NCBI GenBank assembly: GCA_964640155.1
Contig: CAZXEQ010000004.1
Coordinates: 60,001-92,000, forward strand
Direction: 5' to 3'
DNA: 32,000 bases
From: an uncultured bacterium
GTDB lineage: Bacteria; Auribacterota; JACPWU01
Part shown: in pieces, positions 9,448 to 18,878 of the stretch
How positions within the stretch are numbered: the stretch's first letter is position 1
Layout: each line of letters begins with the position of its first letter
Notes under the pieces: model-generated
What the model was told of the DNA's origin: nothing
Database searches by the model: none
The model's input: the letters and a program-made list of their open reading frames with translations, nothing else
Translations under genes and position numbers: made by a program

Positions 9448-10238
9448 GTCAAATCCATTGCCAATCACTTCCCATAGAATCCAACACCGAGATCGCACCT
9501 GGTTTTTTTGTCCTTGAAATTAATAGCCCTGAAATTGCTAAAGTTTCAACACCAGGGCAATTCGCCATGATCAAGCCTGAAGGACGAGTTGGGATTCTTT
9601 TAGGAAGACCTTTTAGTATTTTTAAAAAAGAAGACTCTAAACTTTCTTTTCTTTATAAAATTTACGGCAAAGGATCTCGAGAGATATCTTCTCTTCGCAA
9701 GCAAGATACGGTTAGCCTTTGGGGTCCTTTAGGAAGAAGTTTTTTCCCAACCCAAAATAAAGACTGGATTTTTGTTGCCGGAGGAGTTGGAGTTGCACCT
9801 TTTTTATTTCTCGCACAAAATGCTCCCTCAGATGTCAAAATGACACTGCTTTTTGGAATTAAGAATAAGCCTCAAGCTATTTTGAAGAATGAATTTGAAA
9901 GTTTAGGCTGTGAAGTTATCTTTGTCACCGAAGATGGGAGTTTAGGCCAAAAAGGGCTCGTCACAAATTACTTGGAAGAATTTTTAAGCAAAGAAAAATC
10001 TCTTCAGTCAAAAGAAATACTTACTTGTGGACCTCGTCCCATGGAGTCTCAAGTTGCAAAAATTTCAAAAAAATTGAATTTGCCCTGTCAAGTTGCCTTT
10101 GAAGAGTATATGGGATGCGGCATAGGAACCTGTATGGGATGTGTTGTGAAATGTAAAAATGAGACGGACTGGATTTATAAACGCGTCTGTCGTGAAGGTC
10201 CCATTTTTATGTCTCATGAGATCATTTGGGAGAATTAA
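9444..10238 (+). CDS. pyrK: Dihydroorotate dehydrogenase (class 1B) electron-transfer subunit
   Basis: A flavin reductase-like domain plus the C-terminal 2Fe-2S motif [13 protein letters not shown]...VCREGP. It overlaps the carB stop by 4 nt. Confidence 0.88.
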   Translation: MSQIHCQSLPIESNTEIAPGFFVLEINSPEIAKVSTPGQFAMIKPEGRVGILLGRPFSIFKKEDSKLSFLYKIYGKGSREISSLRKQDTVSLWGPLGRSFFPTQNKDWIFVAGGVGVAPFLFLAQNAPSDVKMTLLFGIKNKPQAILKNEFESLGCEVIFVTEDGSLGQKGLVTNYLEEFLSKEKSLQSKEILTCGPRPMESQVAKISKKLNLPCQVAFEEYMGCGIGTCMGCVVKCKNETDWIYKRVCREGPIFMSHEIIWEN

Positions 10239-10240
10239 AA

Positions 10241-11152
10241 GTGAATTTAGCTGTAGAACTAGGAAGTTTAAAACTTAAAAATCCAGTAACCGTTGCATCA
10301 GGCACATTTGGCTACGGGGAGGAATTCTCTGAAATTTTTGATCTGAATCAACTCGGAGGCATTGCAGTAAAGGGACTTACGCTTAAACCACGAAAAGGCA
10401 ATCCTCCTCAACGTATCGTAGAAACTCCTTCAGGAATGCTTAATTCTATTGGTCTGCAAAATGTCGGTGTAGAAAATTTTATTGAGAAAAAGATCCCATT
10501 TCTAAAAAAGTACGATACTCAAATTATTGCGAATATTAATGGTGAAACTTCCGATGAGTATGAAGCCCTTGCCGAAAAACTAAACCCTATTAAAGAAGTG
10601 GCCGCTGTAGAGATTAATCTCTCATGCCCCAATGTAAAAGCAGGGGGAATTCATTTTGGATCAGACCCTGATAAAGTTTTTGAAGTCACCTCAAAGGTTA
10701 GAAAAAAATTCTCAAGAGCTGTTATTACCAAACTATCACCTAATGTCACAGATATTGTTCCTATGGCCCAAGCAGTCAAATCAGCGGGGGCAGATGCAGT
10801 TTCTGTGATCAATACGTTGGTGGGCATGTCGATTGATATTTATAAGCGTAAACCGATCATTAAATTTAAAACAGGGGGTCTTTCAGGCCCCGCTATTAAA
10901 CCTGTAGCGATTCGACTTGTTTATGAAGTTTATCATAAGGTTAAAATTCCCATTCTGGGCATGGGAGGCATTACAACTGCTGAAGATGCCATTGAATTTT
11001 TTCTAGCAGGCGCTTCAGCCATCGCTATCGGAACTGCAAATTTTTATGATCCGTTGGCTTGCCTGAAAATTCTGGAAGGAATTAAAAAATATATGTTAAA
11101 GTTTGGGCTAACAAATATTAAAGAATTGACAGGGGCTGCACATGAGTCTTGA
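10241..11152 (+). CDS. pyrD: Dihydroorotate dehydrogenase catalytic subunit (class 1B)
   Basis: Contains LKNPVTVASGTFGYG, NLSCPNV (active-site Cys) and GGLSGPAIKP. I prefer the GTG start at 10241 (GGGAG SD at 10228-10232) over the track's TTG at 10226, which is the alternative. Confidence 0.9.
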   Translation: MNLAVELGSLKLKNPVTVASGTFGYGEEFSEIFDLNQLGGIAVKGLTLKPRKGNPPQRIVETPSGMLNSIGLQNVGVENFIEKKIPFLKKYDTQIIANINGETSDEYEALAEKLNPIKEVAAVEINLSCPNVKAGGIHFGSDPDKVFEVTSKVRKKFSRAVITKLSPNVTDIVPMAQAVKSAGADAVSVINTLVGMSIDIYKRKPIIKFKTGGLSGPAIKPVAIRLVYEVYHKVKIPILGMGGITTAEDAIEFFLAGASAIAIGTANFYDPLACLKILEGIKKYMLKFGLTNIKELTGAAHES

Positions 11153-11870
11153 TAACGCATCAAAAATAATTTTGGCATTGGACGTTCCTGAGTTCAAAAC
11201 AGCAGAAAAACTGCTGAGTGATTTAGAAGGAACTCTTAAAATGGTCAAAATAGGCTCTGCCTCCTTTTATCGATGGGGAAAGAAGATTATTGATTTAGCC
11301 CAACAAAAAAATTTAGGACTTTTTATCGATTTTAAATTTCATGACATTCCAAATACAGTTGCTTCTGCTGTTGAAAGCATTACAAGTTGGGGCATTCGAA
11401 TGTTAACTGTACATACGTCCGGTGGAAGAAAAATGTTAGAAGCCGCTGTCACTGCCGCACATAAAACTTCTGAAAGATTAAACATTCCGAAACCTATGGT
11501 CATAGGAATCAGTGTTCTCACAAGCATTGATGAATCTACTCTTAAAAATGATTTAACCATCTCAAAATCTCTTCCATCTTTTGTTTCTCATCTTGCTGTG
11601 TTAGCTAAGGAATCTGGATTAGATGGCATTGTTGCTTCGGGTCAAGAAATTGAAAATATTCGCCAAGCCGTAGGTCAAAATCTTAAAATTGTTTGCCCAG
11701 GAATCCGATCTCTTGAAGACACTAAAGCTGATCAAAAAAGAACTTTATCTGCTCCTGAAGCTTTTCAAAAAGGAGCAGATTTTATTGTTGTAGGACGTCC
11801 TATTTATGAAGCAAAAAATCCACGAAATGCACTAGAAGAAATGACTGCTAGCAGCCATCCCCGGGTGTAG
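11142..11870 (+). CDS. pyrF: Orotidine 5'-phosphate decarboxylase
   Basis: Contains ILALDV and DFKFHDIPNTV (the DxKxxD catalytic motif), and VGRPI near the C-terminus. Confidence 0.92.
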   Translation: MSLDNASKIILALDVPEFKTAEKLLSDLEGTLKMVKIGSASFYRWGKKIIDLAQQKNLGLFIDFKFHDIPNTVASAVESITSWGIRMLTVHTSGGRKMLEAAVTAAHKTSERLNIPKPMVIGISVLTSIDESTLKNDLTISKSLPSFVSHLAVLAKESGLDGIVASGQEIENIRQAVGQNLKIVCPGIRSLEDTKADQKRTLSAPEAFQKGADFIVVGRPIYEAKNPRNALEEMTASSHPRV

Positions 11871-11939
11871 TTGTCGGGGATTAATTCATCAAAAATGGAT
11901 TCCTGATTGAAACATTCGGGAATGACAAGATAGGGGATA

Positions 11940-12554
11940 ATGATTGTCATGCAATCTGAAGAAGTTTTAAAGATATTCAAAGAAAAAGAAGCACTTTTAG
12001 AAGGACATTTCGAATTAGCTTCTAAAAAGCACAGCCCTTTTTACATGCAATGTGCCAAAATTTTGCAGTATCCTGACATCACTCATTTATTTTGCTCTGA
12101 ATTAGCTAAAAAGTTTGAGAAAGAAAAAATTGATGTCGTAGCAGGTCCAGCCATTGGAGGAATCATTATTGCCTATGAAATGGCAAAAGTTTTGGGTGTA
12201 CGTTCTATTTATGCAGAACGCAAAGAGGAAGTTTTAGAATTTAGACGTGGATTTGAAATTGGAAAGAATGAAAATGTTCTTTTGGTGGAAGATGTCGTGA
12301 CAACAGGAGGATCGATTCTAGAACTGGGCAGGCTTATTCAAAAAATGGGAGCAAATGTTATTGGACTCTCCAGCTTTATTGATAGAACAGAAGGGAAAAT
12401 ATCTTGGCCTTTTTCCTTTAAATCCTTAGCTCAAGTTCACTTTCCAACTTATGAGCAAGTCCATTGTCCTTTATGTCAAAAGGGAACGCCTATTACTAAA
12501 CCTGGAAGTCAAAAATTAGCTCAAAAGGTACAGCACAGCAGTACCGGTCCTTAG
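11940..12554 (+). CDS. pyrE: Orotate phosphoribosyltransferase
   Basis: Contains GHFELASKKHSPFY and the PRPP loop VLLVEDVVTTGGS. ATG 11949 is an alternative start. Confidence 0.88.
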   Translation: MIVMQSEEVLKIFKEKEALLEGHFELASKKHSPFYMQCAKILQYPDITHLFCSELAKKFEKEKIDVVAGPAIGGIIIAYEMAKVLGVRSIYAERKEEVLEFRRGFEIGKNENVLLVEDVVTTGGSILELGRLIQKMGANVIGLSSFIDRTEGKISWPFSFKSLAQVHFPTYEQVHCPLCQKGTPITKPGSQKLAQKVQHSSTGP

Positions 12555-12579
12555 AAAGGAATAATAAAAAGGTGAATTT

Positions 12580-13455
12580 ATGATTAGAAGTATGACAGGC
12601 TATGGCCGTGCAGAGAAATCAAACGAGCACGGAAAAATAACCGTGGAGATTTCTTCCTTAAATCGACGCAGCTTGGAAATTTTTGTCAATATTCCTGATT
12701 CCCTTCAAAATTTTGAACAATCTATTCGAGACACTGTTGGCAAGTTTGCAAAGAGAGGGAAGCTTCAAATTCGTATTCACTTTCAATCTGTTTCCAGCAC
12801 AGCAGAGTTTGTTGTTGATATTGATTTAGCAAAAAGATACACGGATGCCCTTGAAACGCTTTGTGAAGAATTAGAATTAGAAGACGAGATTACTTTAAAA
12901 GATGTTTTAGCTTGCAAGGACGTCTTATCCTTTGAACAATCAGAGCAAAACATAGAAGCTATTAAAGGAATTTTAAATGAGTCCTTGATTGCTGCTCTTG
13001 AAGAGATGAATGAAATGAGAGAAAAAGAGGGTGCTCATTTACAGGAAGACATTATTCGTCGGCTCAATATGATTGAAGTAAAAGTCAAAGAAATTCAATC
13101 TCTAGGACCCTTGGCTCTTCAACGTTATGAGTCTCGCATCAGAAAACGTTTGCAGGACTTGCTGGTTGAACTTCCTAATAATGAAGATCGCGTGATGCGT
13201 GAAGTTGCCCTGATGGCAGAGCGATTGGATGTCACAGAAGAAGTTGTTCGTATGCAAAGTCATTCACAACAATTTTTCAAAACATTCGAATCTGATGATT
13301 CTGTAGGACGACTGCTTGATTTTATCATTCAAGAGATGTTTCGTGAAATGAACACCATTGCATCCAAGTCGAATGATCTTGAAATTTCAAGACTTTCTGT
13401 TGAAGTTAGAAACGAATTGGACAAAATTCGTGAGCAAATTCAAAATATTGAATAA
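12580..13455 (+). CDS. yicC: YicC/YloC family stress-induced protein (putative endoribonuclease)
   Basis: It has the classic MIRSMTGYGRAE N-terminus and the C-terminal DUF1732-like EMFREMNTIASKSND. It sits upstream of gmk, as in many bacteria. Confidence 0.85.
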   Translation: MIRSMTGYGRAEKSNEHGKITVEISSLNRRSLEIFVNIPDSLQNFEQSIRDTVGKFAKRGKLQIRIHFQSVSSTAEFVVDIDLAKRYTDALETLCEELELEDEITLKDVLACKDVLSFEQSEQNIEAIKGILNESLIAALEEMNEMREKEGAHLQEDIIRRLNMIEVKVKEIQSLGPLALQRYESRIRKRLQDLLVELPNNEDRVMREVALMAERLDVTEEVVRMQSHSQQFFKTFESDDSVGRLLDFIIQEMFREMNTIASKSNDLEISRLSVEVRNELDKIREQIQNIE

Positions 13456-13460
13456 TTTTT

Positions 13461-14111
13461 ATGAATGAATCCAATCTAAAAAATTTATTAATTGTTATCT
13501 CTGCTCCTTCAGGAGGAGGTAAAACAACCTTACGAAATCGTCTTTTAGAAATATTTCCAAATCTTCATTACTCCATTTCCTGCACCACACGAAAACCACG
13601 TGCTGGAGAAATCGAAGGGAAAGACTACCATTTTATAAGTCAACAAGACTTCGACCTCAAGCTTGATAATAAAGAATTTGTTGAACATGCAAAGGTATAT
13701 GATTATTTTTACGGAACCCTTTTTAGCGAAATTGACATCCCTATGAAAGAGGGAAGGGATGTTTTGTTGGATATCGACACACAAGGAGCTTTAGCCATCA
13801 AAGCCAAAAGAGAAGCTATTTTAATTTTTATTCTTCCTCCTTCTTTAGAAATTTTAAAAGGTCGGCTTTACAACAGAAAAACAGATAGTGAAAATGAAAT
13901 TGGGAAGAGACTTCGAGAAGCCTATAAAGAATTCCGTATGGCCGATCAGTATGACTATCTTGTCATTAATGATAACTTAGAGCATACCGTTGAAAAAATT
14001 AAGTCGATTGTTCTAGCGGAAAAACACAAAATTCACAGACAAAATCATTTGATTCAAATTCTAAGTGATTGGATGGCGGAGGATACCTTACATGAAAAAA
14101 AATATTCTTAA
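13461..14111 (+). CDS. gmk: Guanylate kinase
   Basis: Contains the P-loop SAPSGGGKTT, then ISCTTRKPRAGEIEGKDYHF and LLDIDTQGA. Confidence 0.92.
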   Translation: MNESNLKNLLIVISAPSGGGKTTLRNRLLEIFPNLHYSISCTTRKPRAGEIEGKDYHFISQQDFDLKLDNKEFVEHAKVYDYFYGTLFSEIDIPMKEGRDVLLDIDTQGALAIKAKREAILIFILPPSLEILKGRLYNRKTDSENEIGKRLREAYKEFRMADQYDYLVINDNLEHTVEKIKSIVLAEKHKIHRQNHLIQILSDWMAEDTLHEKKYS

Positions 14112-14643
14112 AAATAAGCGAATTCTATTAGGAATTTCTGGTTCTATTGCTGCTTATAAAGCCTGTGAGTTAATACGTCAAATGACTAAAGAAGAAGCAG
14201 AAATACATGTCATGCTGACTCACAATGCTTCGCAATTTGTGACACCATTAACACTAAAAACACTTTCTGGGCATCCTGTATTAGAACACATGTATGATGA
14301 AATTGAATTTTCTCATATCATGCATACCGACATGGCTCATTGGGCTGAACTTGTGGTTATCGCGCCTGCTACAGCTAATATCATTAGTAAAGTAGCTTGT
14401 GGTCTTGCGGACGACCTGATTTCTACAACCATTCTTGCAACAAAAGCTCCCGTTCTTTTTGCTCCAGCAATGAACGATCAAATGTACGAAAATCCACTTT
14501 TTCAGGAAAATCTCGCTAAACTAAAAAAACATGGATATCATTTTGTAGCCCCTGAATCAGGTCCGCTGGCCTGTGGTTATGAGGGAATCGGTCGACTTGC
14601 AACTCTTGAAAAAATCATGGAATCTATTTACTCCTTAATATAA
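14092..14643 (+). CDS. coaC: Phosphopantothenoylcysteine decarboxylase (flavoprotein), stand-alone CoaC
   Basis: MKKNILKNKRILLGISGSIAAYK..., VIAPATANIISKVACGLADDL, PAMN. I chose ATG 14092 (GGAGG 9 nt upstream). It overlaps the end of gmk by 20 nt. Confidence 0.88.
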   Translation: MKKNILKNKRILLGISGSIAAYKACELIRQMTKEEAEIHVMLTHNASQFVTPLTLKTLSGHPVLEHMYDEIEFSHIMHTDMAHWAELVVIAPATANIISKVACGLADDLISTTILATKAPVLFAPAMNDQMYENPLFQENLAKLKKHGYHFVAPESGPLACGYEGIGRLATLEKIMESIYSLI

Positions 14644-14654
14644 AGGGATGTCGT

Positions 14655-15308
14655 ATGCAAACGCGTCTCCCTAAAGTTTTAATCACGGCAGGTCCTACAC
14701 GCGAATATCTTGATCCCACTCGATTTTTAAGTAACCCTTCAAGCGGGAAAATGGGCTGGCTTTTAGCCCAAGAAGCTAAAACTCAAGGATGCAAGGTAAA
14801 ACTCATTCATGGTCCACTCGCCTTTAAAACCACGGGAATAACTTCCATTCCTGTCATTTCAGCCATTGAAATGTTTGAGGCAGTAAAAAAGAATTTTAAG
14901 GATTATGATGTTTTAATTATGAGCGCAGCTGTTTCGGATTATAGACCTAAAAACTTAAATCATCAAAAAACAAAGAAAACAAACTCTAAAAATAAAATTC
15001 TTCGCCTTATTTCTAATCCAGATATTTTAAAGTGGGCAGGGGAACACAAAAAAAATAAAATTTTAGTCGGATTTGCTGCTGAAACAGAAAAGATCATCCA
15101 AAACGCTCAAAAAAAACTTGTTCAAAAAAATCTAGATATGATCGTGGCCAATGAAGTTGGAAGCAGTCAAGCTGGTTTTGAATCAGAATATATTAAATTT
15201 TCTCTTCTCGAGCAGAATGCTAAAATAGAGGCCATCAAACGCTGGAAAAAAAATAAACTTTCTCAATTTCTCATCCAACGGATTATAAAAAAATTTCATG
15301 CCTATTAA
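14655..15308 (+). CDS. coaB: Phosphopantothenate-cysteine ligase, stand-alone CoaB
   Basis: Contains VLITAGPTREYLDPTRFLSNPSSGKMG, AAVSDYRP and GFAAET. It has its own SD (AAGGGA) and ATG 11 nt after the coaC stop, in a different frame. Confidence 0.88.
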   Translation: MQTRLPKVLITAGPTREYLDPTRFLSNPSSGKMGWLLAQEAKTQGCKVKLIHGPLAFKTTGITSIPVISAIEMFEAVKKNFKDYDVLIMSAAVSDYRPKNLNHQKTKKTNSKNKILRLISNPDILKWAGEHKKNKILVGFAAETEKIIQNAQKKLVQKNLDMIVANEVGSSQAGFESEYIKFSLLEQNAKIEAIKRWKKNKLSQFLIQRIIKKFHAY

Positions 15309-16590
15309 AGACAGTAATATTCGGCGCATCCTTTTTGTAGAAAAGGTGCTCATGCCCGTTAAGGGTGCTTTTCTACTCTTTTCCATGCTTTTTTTCCTTG
15401 CCCCTGACCAAGAGTTTAAACTTCTCACAAAGCACTTTTTTCTTTATCAATCGCTTCTTTATTTTATCGCTAATGTCATTTTCTTTTTTATATTAAGTTG
15501 GGCACAAGTACGCCAATGGGCTCAAACCATTATTAAAATCGCGGCTTTTCTTCTTTCAATTATTGATAACTTATTCTTAAGCTTTTTAATTCCTTTGACA
15601 GGAGGGCTTGAAAGTCCTCTGTATTGGATATACTGTGGTCTCATTGTGCGAAATGCTATTAATTTCCCTAAAATCCAAGAACAAGGGGTGATTAATCTTA
15701 TTTTTTGTCTTTTTTATGGCAGTATTGTTTTCTTCACAGAAAGAGAATCAACTCTTTTCTTGGAAGAAATTTTTTATTTAAGAATCATTGTTTTAATCCT
15801 GGTTTCTGTGTGTTGTTGGGGAATCTATGCATTGATTCAACGAAAAGAGCTAGAATTGGAAGAGCAGCGAGAACTTCATTTGAGACAAGAAAAAATTCAT
15901 GCCATTCGGCGACTTGCGGGTGAAATTGCACATGGAATCAAAAACCCGCTTAGCATTATTAATAATGCTTCCTATTATCTTCAAAAACATATTCCTCATG
16001 ACAATGAAGATTTAAAAAAACATGTTGAAATTATCCGAGAAGAAATTCTTCGTTCGGACAACATTCTTAATCAGATCATGAACTATTCAAAGCTATCGAG
16101 CGTTAAACTCGTAAAAATAAACATCAACCAAGCTTTAGAAAAAACTTTGCAAGAAATTCATTTTGAAACTTATTTTCCTAACATAAAAATTGAAAAAAAC
16201 TTTCAAAAGAAACTGCCTCTTTTCTTTTTCGATGAAGGCCACTTGCATCAAATTTTGTTAAATCTTATTTTAAATGCATCTGAAGCTGTTAAAGAAAAAA
16301 AAGAAAAATCAGAAAATGGAGTTCTAATCTTGTCTACAGGCTTAGAAGAAAAAGGAAATCTTGTTATCTCCATTTCAGATAATGGTATTGGCATAGACTC
16401 GAGATCCATGGAAAAGATTTTTAATCCCTTTTTTACCACGAAAGAAAAGGGAACTGGCTTGGGACTTTCTATTGTCAAAAATCTTGTAGAGACCTATGAT
16501 GGTTCCATCCGCGTGCAAAGCCAAAAAGGCAAAGGCAGTACTTTTATCATTGAGTTACCTATCTGGGGGATAAACAAAAACTTACAGTGA
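15298..16590 (+). CDS. Membrane sensor histidine kinase with about six TM segments and no obvious periplasmic or PAS domain (PilS-like architecture)
   Basis: The N-terminal 180 aa hold about six hydrophobic helices joined by short loops. Next come a coiled linker, the H-box LAGEIAHGIKNPLS, the N-box LLNLILNASEA, G1 DNGIGI and G2 GTGLGLSIV. The start overlaps the end of coaB by 11 nt. ATG 15349 is an alternative start. Confidence 0.85.
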   Translation: MPIKDSNIRRILFVEKVLMPVKGAFLLFSMLFFLAPDQEFKLLTKHFFLYQSLLYFIANVIFFFILSWAQVRQWAQTIIKIAAFLLSIIDNLFLSFLIPLTGGLESPLYWIYCGLIVRNAINFPKIQEQGVINLIFCLFYGSIVFFTERESTLFLEEIFYLRIIVLILVSVCCWGIYALIQRKELELEEQRELHLRQEKIHAIRRLAGEIAHGIKNPLSIINNASYYLQKHIPHDNEDLKKHVEIIREEILRSDNILNQIMNYSKLSSVKLVKININQALEKTLQEIHFETYFPNIKIEKNFQKKLPLFFFDEGHLHQILLNLILNASEAVKEKKEKSENGVLILSTGLEEKGNLVISISDNGIGIDSRSMEKIFNPFFTTKEKGTGLGLSIVKNLVETYDGSIRVQSQKGKGSTFIIELPIWGINKNLQ

Positions 16591-16683
16591 AGCAGTACCG
16601 GTTTAAAGAAATATAATCAGGGTGCAGTGAAGAAGAACTATTTTTATGCTTAAAGAATAAGTAAAAATAATGAAAGAGGTATC

Positions 16684-18072
16684 ATGAGCTCTATTCTTCT
16701 AGTTGACGACGAAAAAAATATGCTCGCCTCTCTAAGTGCTATTCTAAAAGATGAAGGCTATAAAGTTAGCTTGGCCTCAAGCGGAGAAGACGCAATTAAA
16801 AGTCTTGAGCAAAGTAGTTTTGATCTTCTGATTTCCGATTTAAAAATGGGAGGAATTTCAGGCCTTGATCTCTTAAATAAAGTAAAGTCTCAAGATTTAG
16901 CTATCCCTGTCATTCTCATTACTGCTTATGCTACCCCAAAATCTGCTGTTGAAGCCATAAAATCAGGGGCTTTTGACTATATTCAAAAACCTTTTGAGCC
17001 TGAAGAAATTCTTTTTTCTATTCGCCGCGCATTAAGTTTTGTACAGATGCAAAAAGAAAATCTTAATCTCAAGAAAACCCTTCATGAACAACAAGCTATC
17101 AATGAAATCATTGGCGAAGATTCTTCCATCATTTCTTTGCGTCAAATGATTCAAGCGATTGCTCCAAGTAAAGCTACTGTTCTCATCGAAGGAGAGAGTG
17201 GGACAGGAAAAGAACTTGTTGCGAAAGCCATTCATGAATTAAGCTCACAATCTCTCACAGGTTTTTTCCCTGTCAATTGCGCGGCTATTCCAGAAACACT
17301 GCTTGAAAGTGAACTTTTTGGTCATGAAAAAGGAGCTTTTACAGGAGCCACTTCTCTCAAAAAAGGAAAGTTTGAGGTTGCTCAAGGCGGCACATTGTAT
17401 TTGGATGAGATTGGTGACATGCCTTTGCAACTTCAGGCTAAAATCCTTCGTGTTTTGGAAGATGGAAAATTTGAAAGGGTAGGAGGGACAAATTCTATTC
17501 ATTCGGACGCCCGAATCATAGCCGCAACAAATAAAGATTTAAAAAAAGCCATACAAGAAGGAAATTTCCGTGAAGATCTCTATTTTAGAATCAATGTTAT
17601 GAATATTCGACTTCCTTCTCTTCGAGAACGAATAGGCGACATTCCTATGCTTGTAAATCATTTTATACGTCGTTTTAATTTGATCTACTCTAAAAATATT
17701 CAAGAAATTGATCATGAAGCATTAAAAATTTTATCGGTTTATCATTGGCCTGGAAACATTCGAGAACTTCGTAACATTATTGAAAGAGCTATTGTGTTAG
17801 AAAATAATGATATTATTGAAGCAAAATCTCTTCCTGCTGAAATTCTGCAGAAAAAAGAGACCAATTCAGTCATTACTCCTTTTAGTGATCAAATAAATTT
17901 CAAGACTGCAATTGAAGATTATGAAAAACAACTCATCAGTTGGGCACTTAAAAAACATCAAAATAGAATCAGTTTATCATCGAAAGCATTGGGATTAAGT
18001 CGACATGCCTTGCGACATTACATTCTTAAACATTTTAAGAATATGCCAGAATCAAAGCTGTTAGAGGATTAA
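16684..18072 (+). CDS. Sigma-54-dependent response regulator (NtrC/PilR family: REC + AAA+ + Fis-type HTH)
   Basis: REC domain (LLVDDE...LLISDLKMGG), Walker A GESGTGKE, the sigma-54 contact loop GAFTGA, and a C-terminal HTH (SKALGLSRHALRHYI). Confidence 0.92.
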   Translation: MSSILLVDDEKNMLASLSAILKDEGYKVSLASSGEDAIKSLEQSSFDLLISDLKMGGISGLDLLNKVKSQDLAIPVILITAYATPKSAVEAIKSGAFDYIQKPFEPEEILFSIRRALSFVQMQKENLNLKKTLHEQQAINEIIGEDSSIISLRQMIQAIAPSKATVLIEGESGTGKELVAKAIHELSSQSLTGFFPVNCAAIPETLLESELFGHEKGAFTGATSLKKGKFEVAQGGTLYLDEIGDMPLQLQAKILRVLEDGKFERVGGTNSIHSDARIIAATNKDLKKAIQEGNFREDLYFRINVMNIRLPSLRERIGDIPMLVNHFIRRFNLIYSKNIQEIDHEALKILSVYHWPGNIRELRNIIERAIVLENNDIIEAKSLPAEILQKKETNSVITPFSDQINFKTAIEDYEKQLISWALKKHQNRISLSSKALGLSRHALRHYILKHFKNMPESKLLED

Positions 18073-18099
18073 TAGCTTCACGCCAATCAAGCAGTTTTT

Positions 18100-18115
18100 T
18101 GGTACAAGATATGCT
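18100..18115 (+). promoter_or_regulatory. Candidate sigma-54 (-24/-12) promoter of pilin-like gene 1
   Basis: TGGTACAAGATATGCT has GG and GC separated by exactly 10 nt (consensus TGGCAC-N5-TTGCW). The -12 element lies 31 nt upstream of ATG 18146. Confidence 0.55.
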
Positions 18116-18145
18116 AGAATTGTCAGAGAATAAATGGAAGGGTTC

Positions 18146-18646
18146 ATGAATAATTCTCGTTCAGGCTTTACCTTACTAGAAGTTCTCGTTGTTATTATGA
18201 TCATTTCTCTTTTGGCCAGCTTCCTTCTTCCTGCCGTACAAAGAGCCCGACGTAAAGCTTCTCAAAACAATTGTTTGAATAATATTAAACAGCTTGGAAT
18301 TACTCTGCATATTTACTCCATAGACAATCAAGAAAAATTTCCGTCAGGGGAAACAGAAGGAAAAATTTCTCTCCAACTCCTTAAAAATGGCTATTTAATT
18401 AGTCCAAAGGTTTATGTATGTCCGGCAGGAGATGCGATAGAAAGCTCTAATCATGGCCAAGAAAATACAGATTATTTCTATGCTGATGAGCTTACAGAAA
18501 GAAGTCCTGGGTATGCCCCTTTAATCATTGATGATGCCCCCAATCATGACGCTCCCAATTCGTATAATGTGGTTTTTTTGGATGGACATGCAGAAGGAGT
18601 ACCGACTGCACCTTCAGGCTCACCTGGTATGCTGCCAACAGATTAA
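18146..18646 (+). CDS. Type IV pilin / pseudopilin-like protein with prepilin N-terminal cleavage-methylation motif and C-terminal DGH motif (copy 1)
   Basis: MNNSRSG|[23 protein letters not shown] is a class III signal peptide with Glu at +5. The C-terminus reads [18 protein letters not shown] prefer ATG 18146 (GGAAGGG SD) over the track's ATG at 18134, which is the alternative. Confidence 0.85.
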   Translation: MNNSRSGFTLLEVLVVIMIISLLASFLLPAVQRARRKASQNNCLNNIKQLGITLHIYSIDNQEKFPSGETEGKISLQLLKNGYLISPKVYVCPAGDAIESSNHGQENTDYFYADELTERSPGYAPLIIDDAPNHDAPNSYNVVFLDGHAEGVPTAPSGSPGMLPTD

Positions 18647-18649
18647 TGC

Positions 18650-18682
18650 GCTAAAAAAACGCAAAACGAGCTAAAAAAACGC
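18650..18682 (+). repeat. Two exact 13-bp direct repeats GCTAAAAAAACGC, 20 bp apart
   Basis: Copies lie at 18650-18662 and 18670-18682. The first sits in a TGCG-N9-CGCA dyad. The pair lies about 120-150 bp upstream of the second sigma-54 promoter. Confidence 0.6.
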
Positions 18683-18801
18683 GAATTAATCACTTTTAAA
18701 ATGACTGTTGGGCTTCTTGCATCTTGCAGCAGGAGATAGTACCTAATTAATTCGGCTTCAATGAGTTAAAATCAAATAAAAAATCTGTTTATCCATCTTA
18801 T

Positions 18802-18818
18802 TGGCATGAAACCTGCTT
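18802..18818 (+). promoter_or_regulatory. Candidate sigma-54 (-24/-12) promoter of pilin-like gene 2
   Basis: TGGCATGAAACCTGCTT has GG-N10-GC spacing and is a near-consensus match to TGGCAC-N5-TTGCT. It lies 61 nt upstream of ATG 18879. Confidence 0.65.
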
Positions 18819-18878
18819 ATACTACAGTCAAGTCATATAGAATAAGACTTAAATAATAAAGAATAAAAGGAGGCAATT

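Noticed and set aside
14640-14660. coaC/coaB as a frameshifted coaBC pseudogene.
   Set aside because: The break coincides with the domain boundary. The downstream part has its own SD and ATG, and both halves keep intact motifs. Assembly error cannot be fully excluded without the reads.
12538-16602. A shared AGCAGTACCGGT 12-mer at the 3' ends of pyrE (12537-12548) and the histidine kinase gene (16591-16602), with similar CAG-containing flanks.
   Set aside because: By rough expectation, tens of 11-12-mer coincidences should occur in a 32-kb window counted on both strands. One copy is coding and the other is not, and neither has an associated structure.
18073-18100. A possible terminator after the response-regulator gene (GCTT-N11-AAGC followed by GTTTTTT).
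   Set aside because: The stem is only 4 bp with an 11-nt loop, too weak to call. The T-run also overlaps the -24 element of the first sigma-54 promoter.
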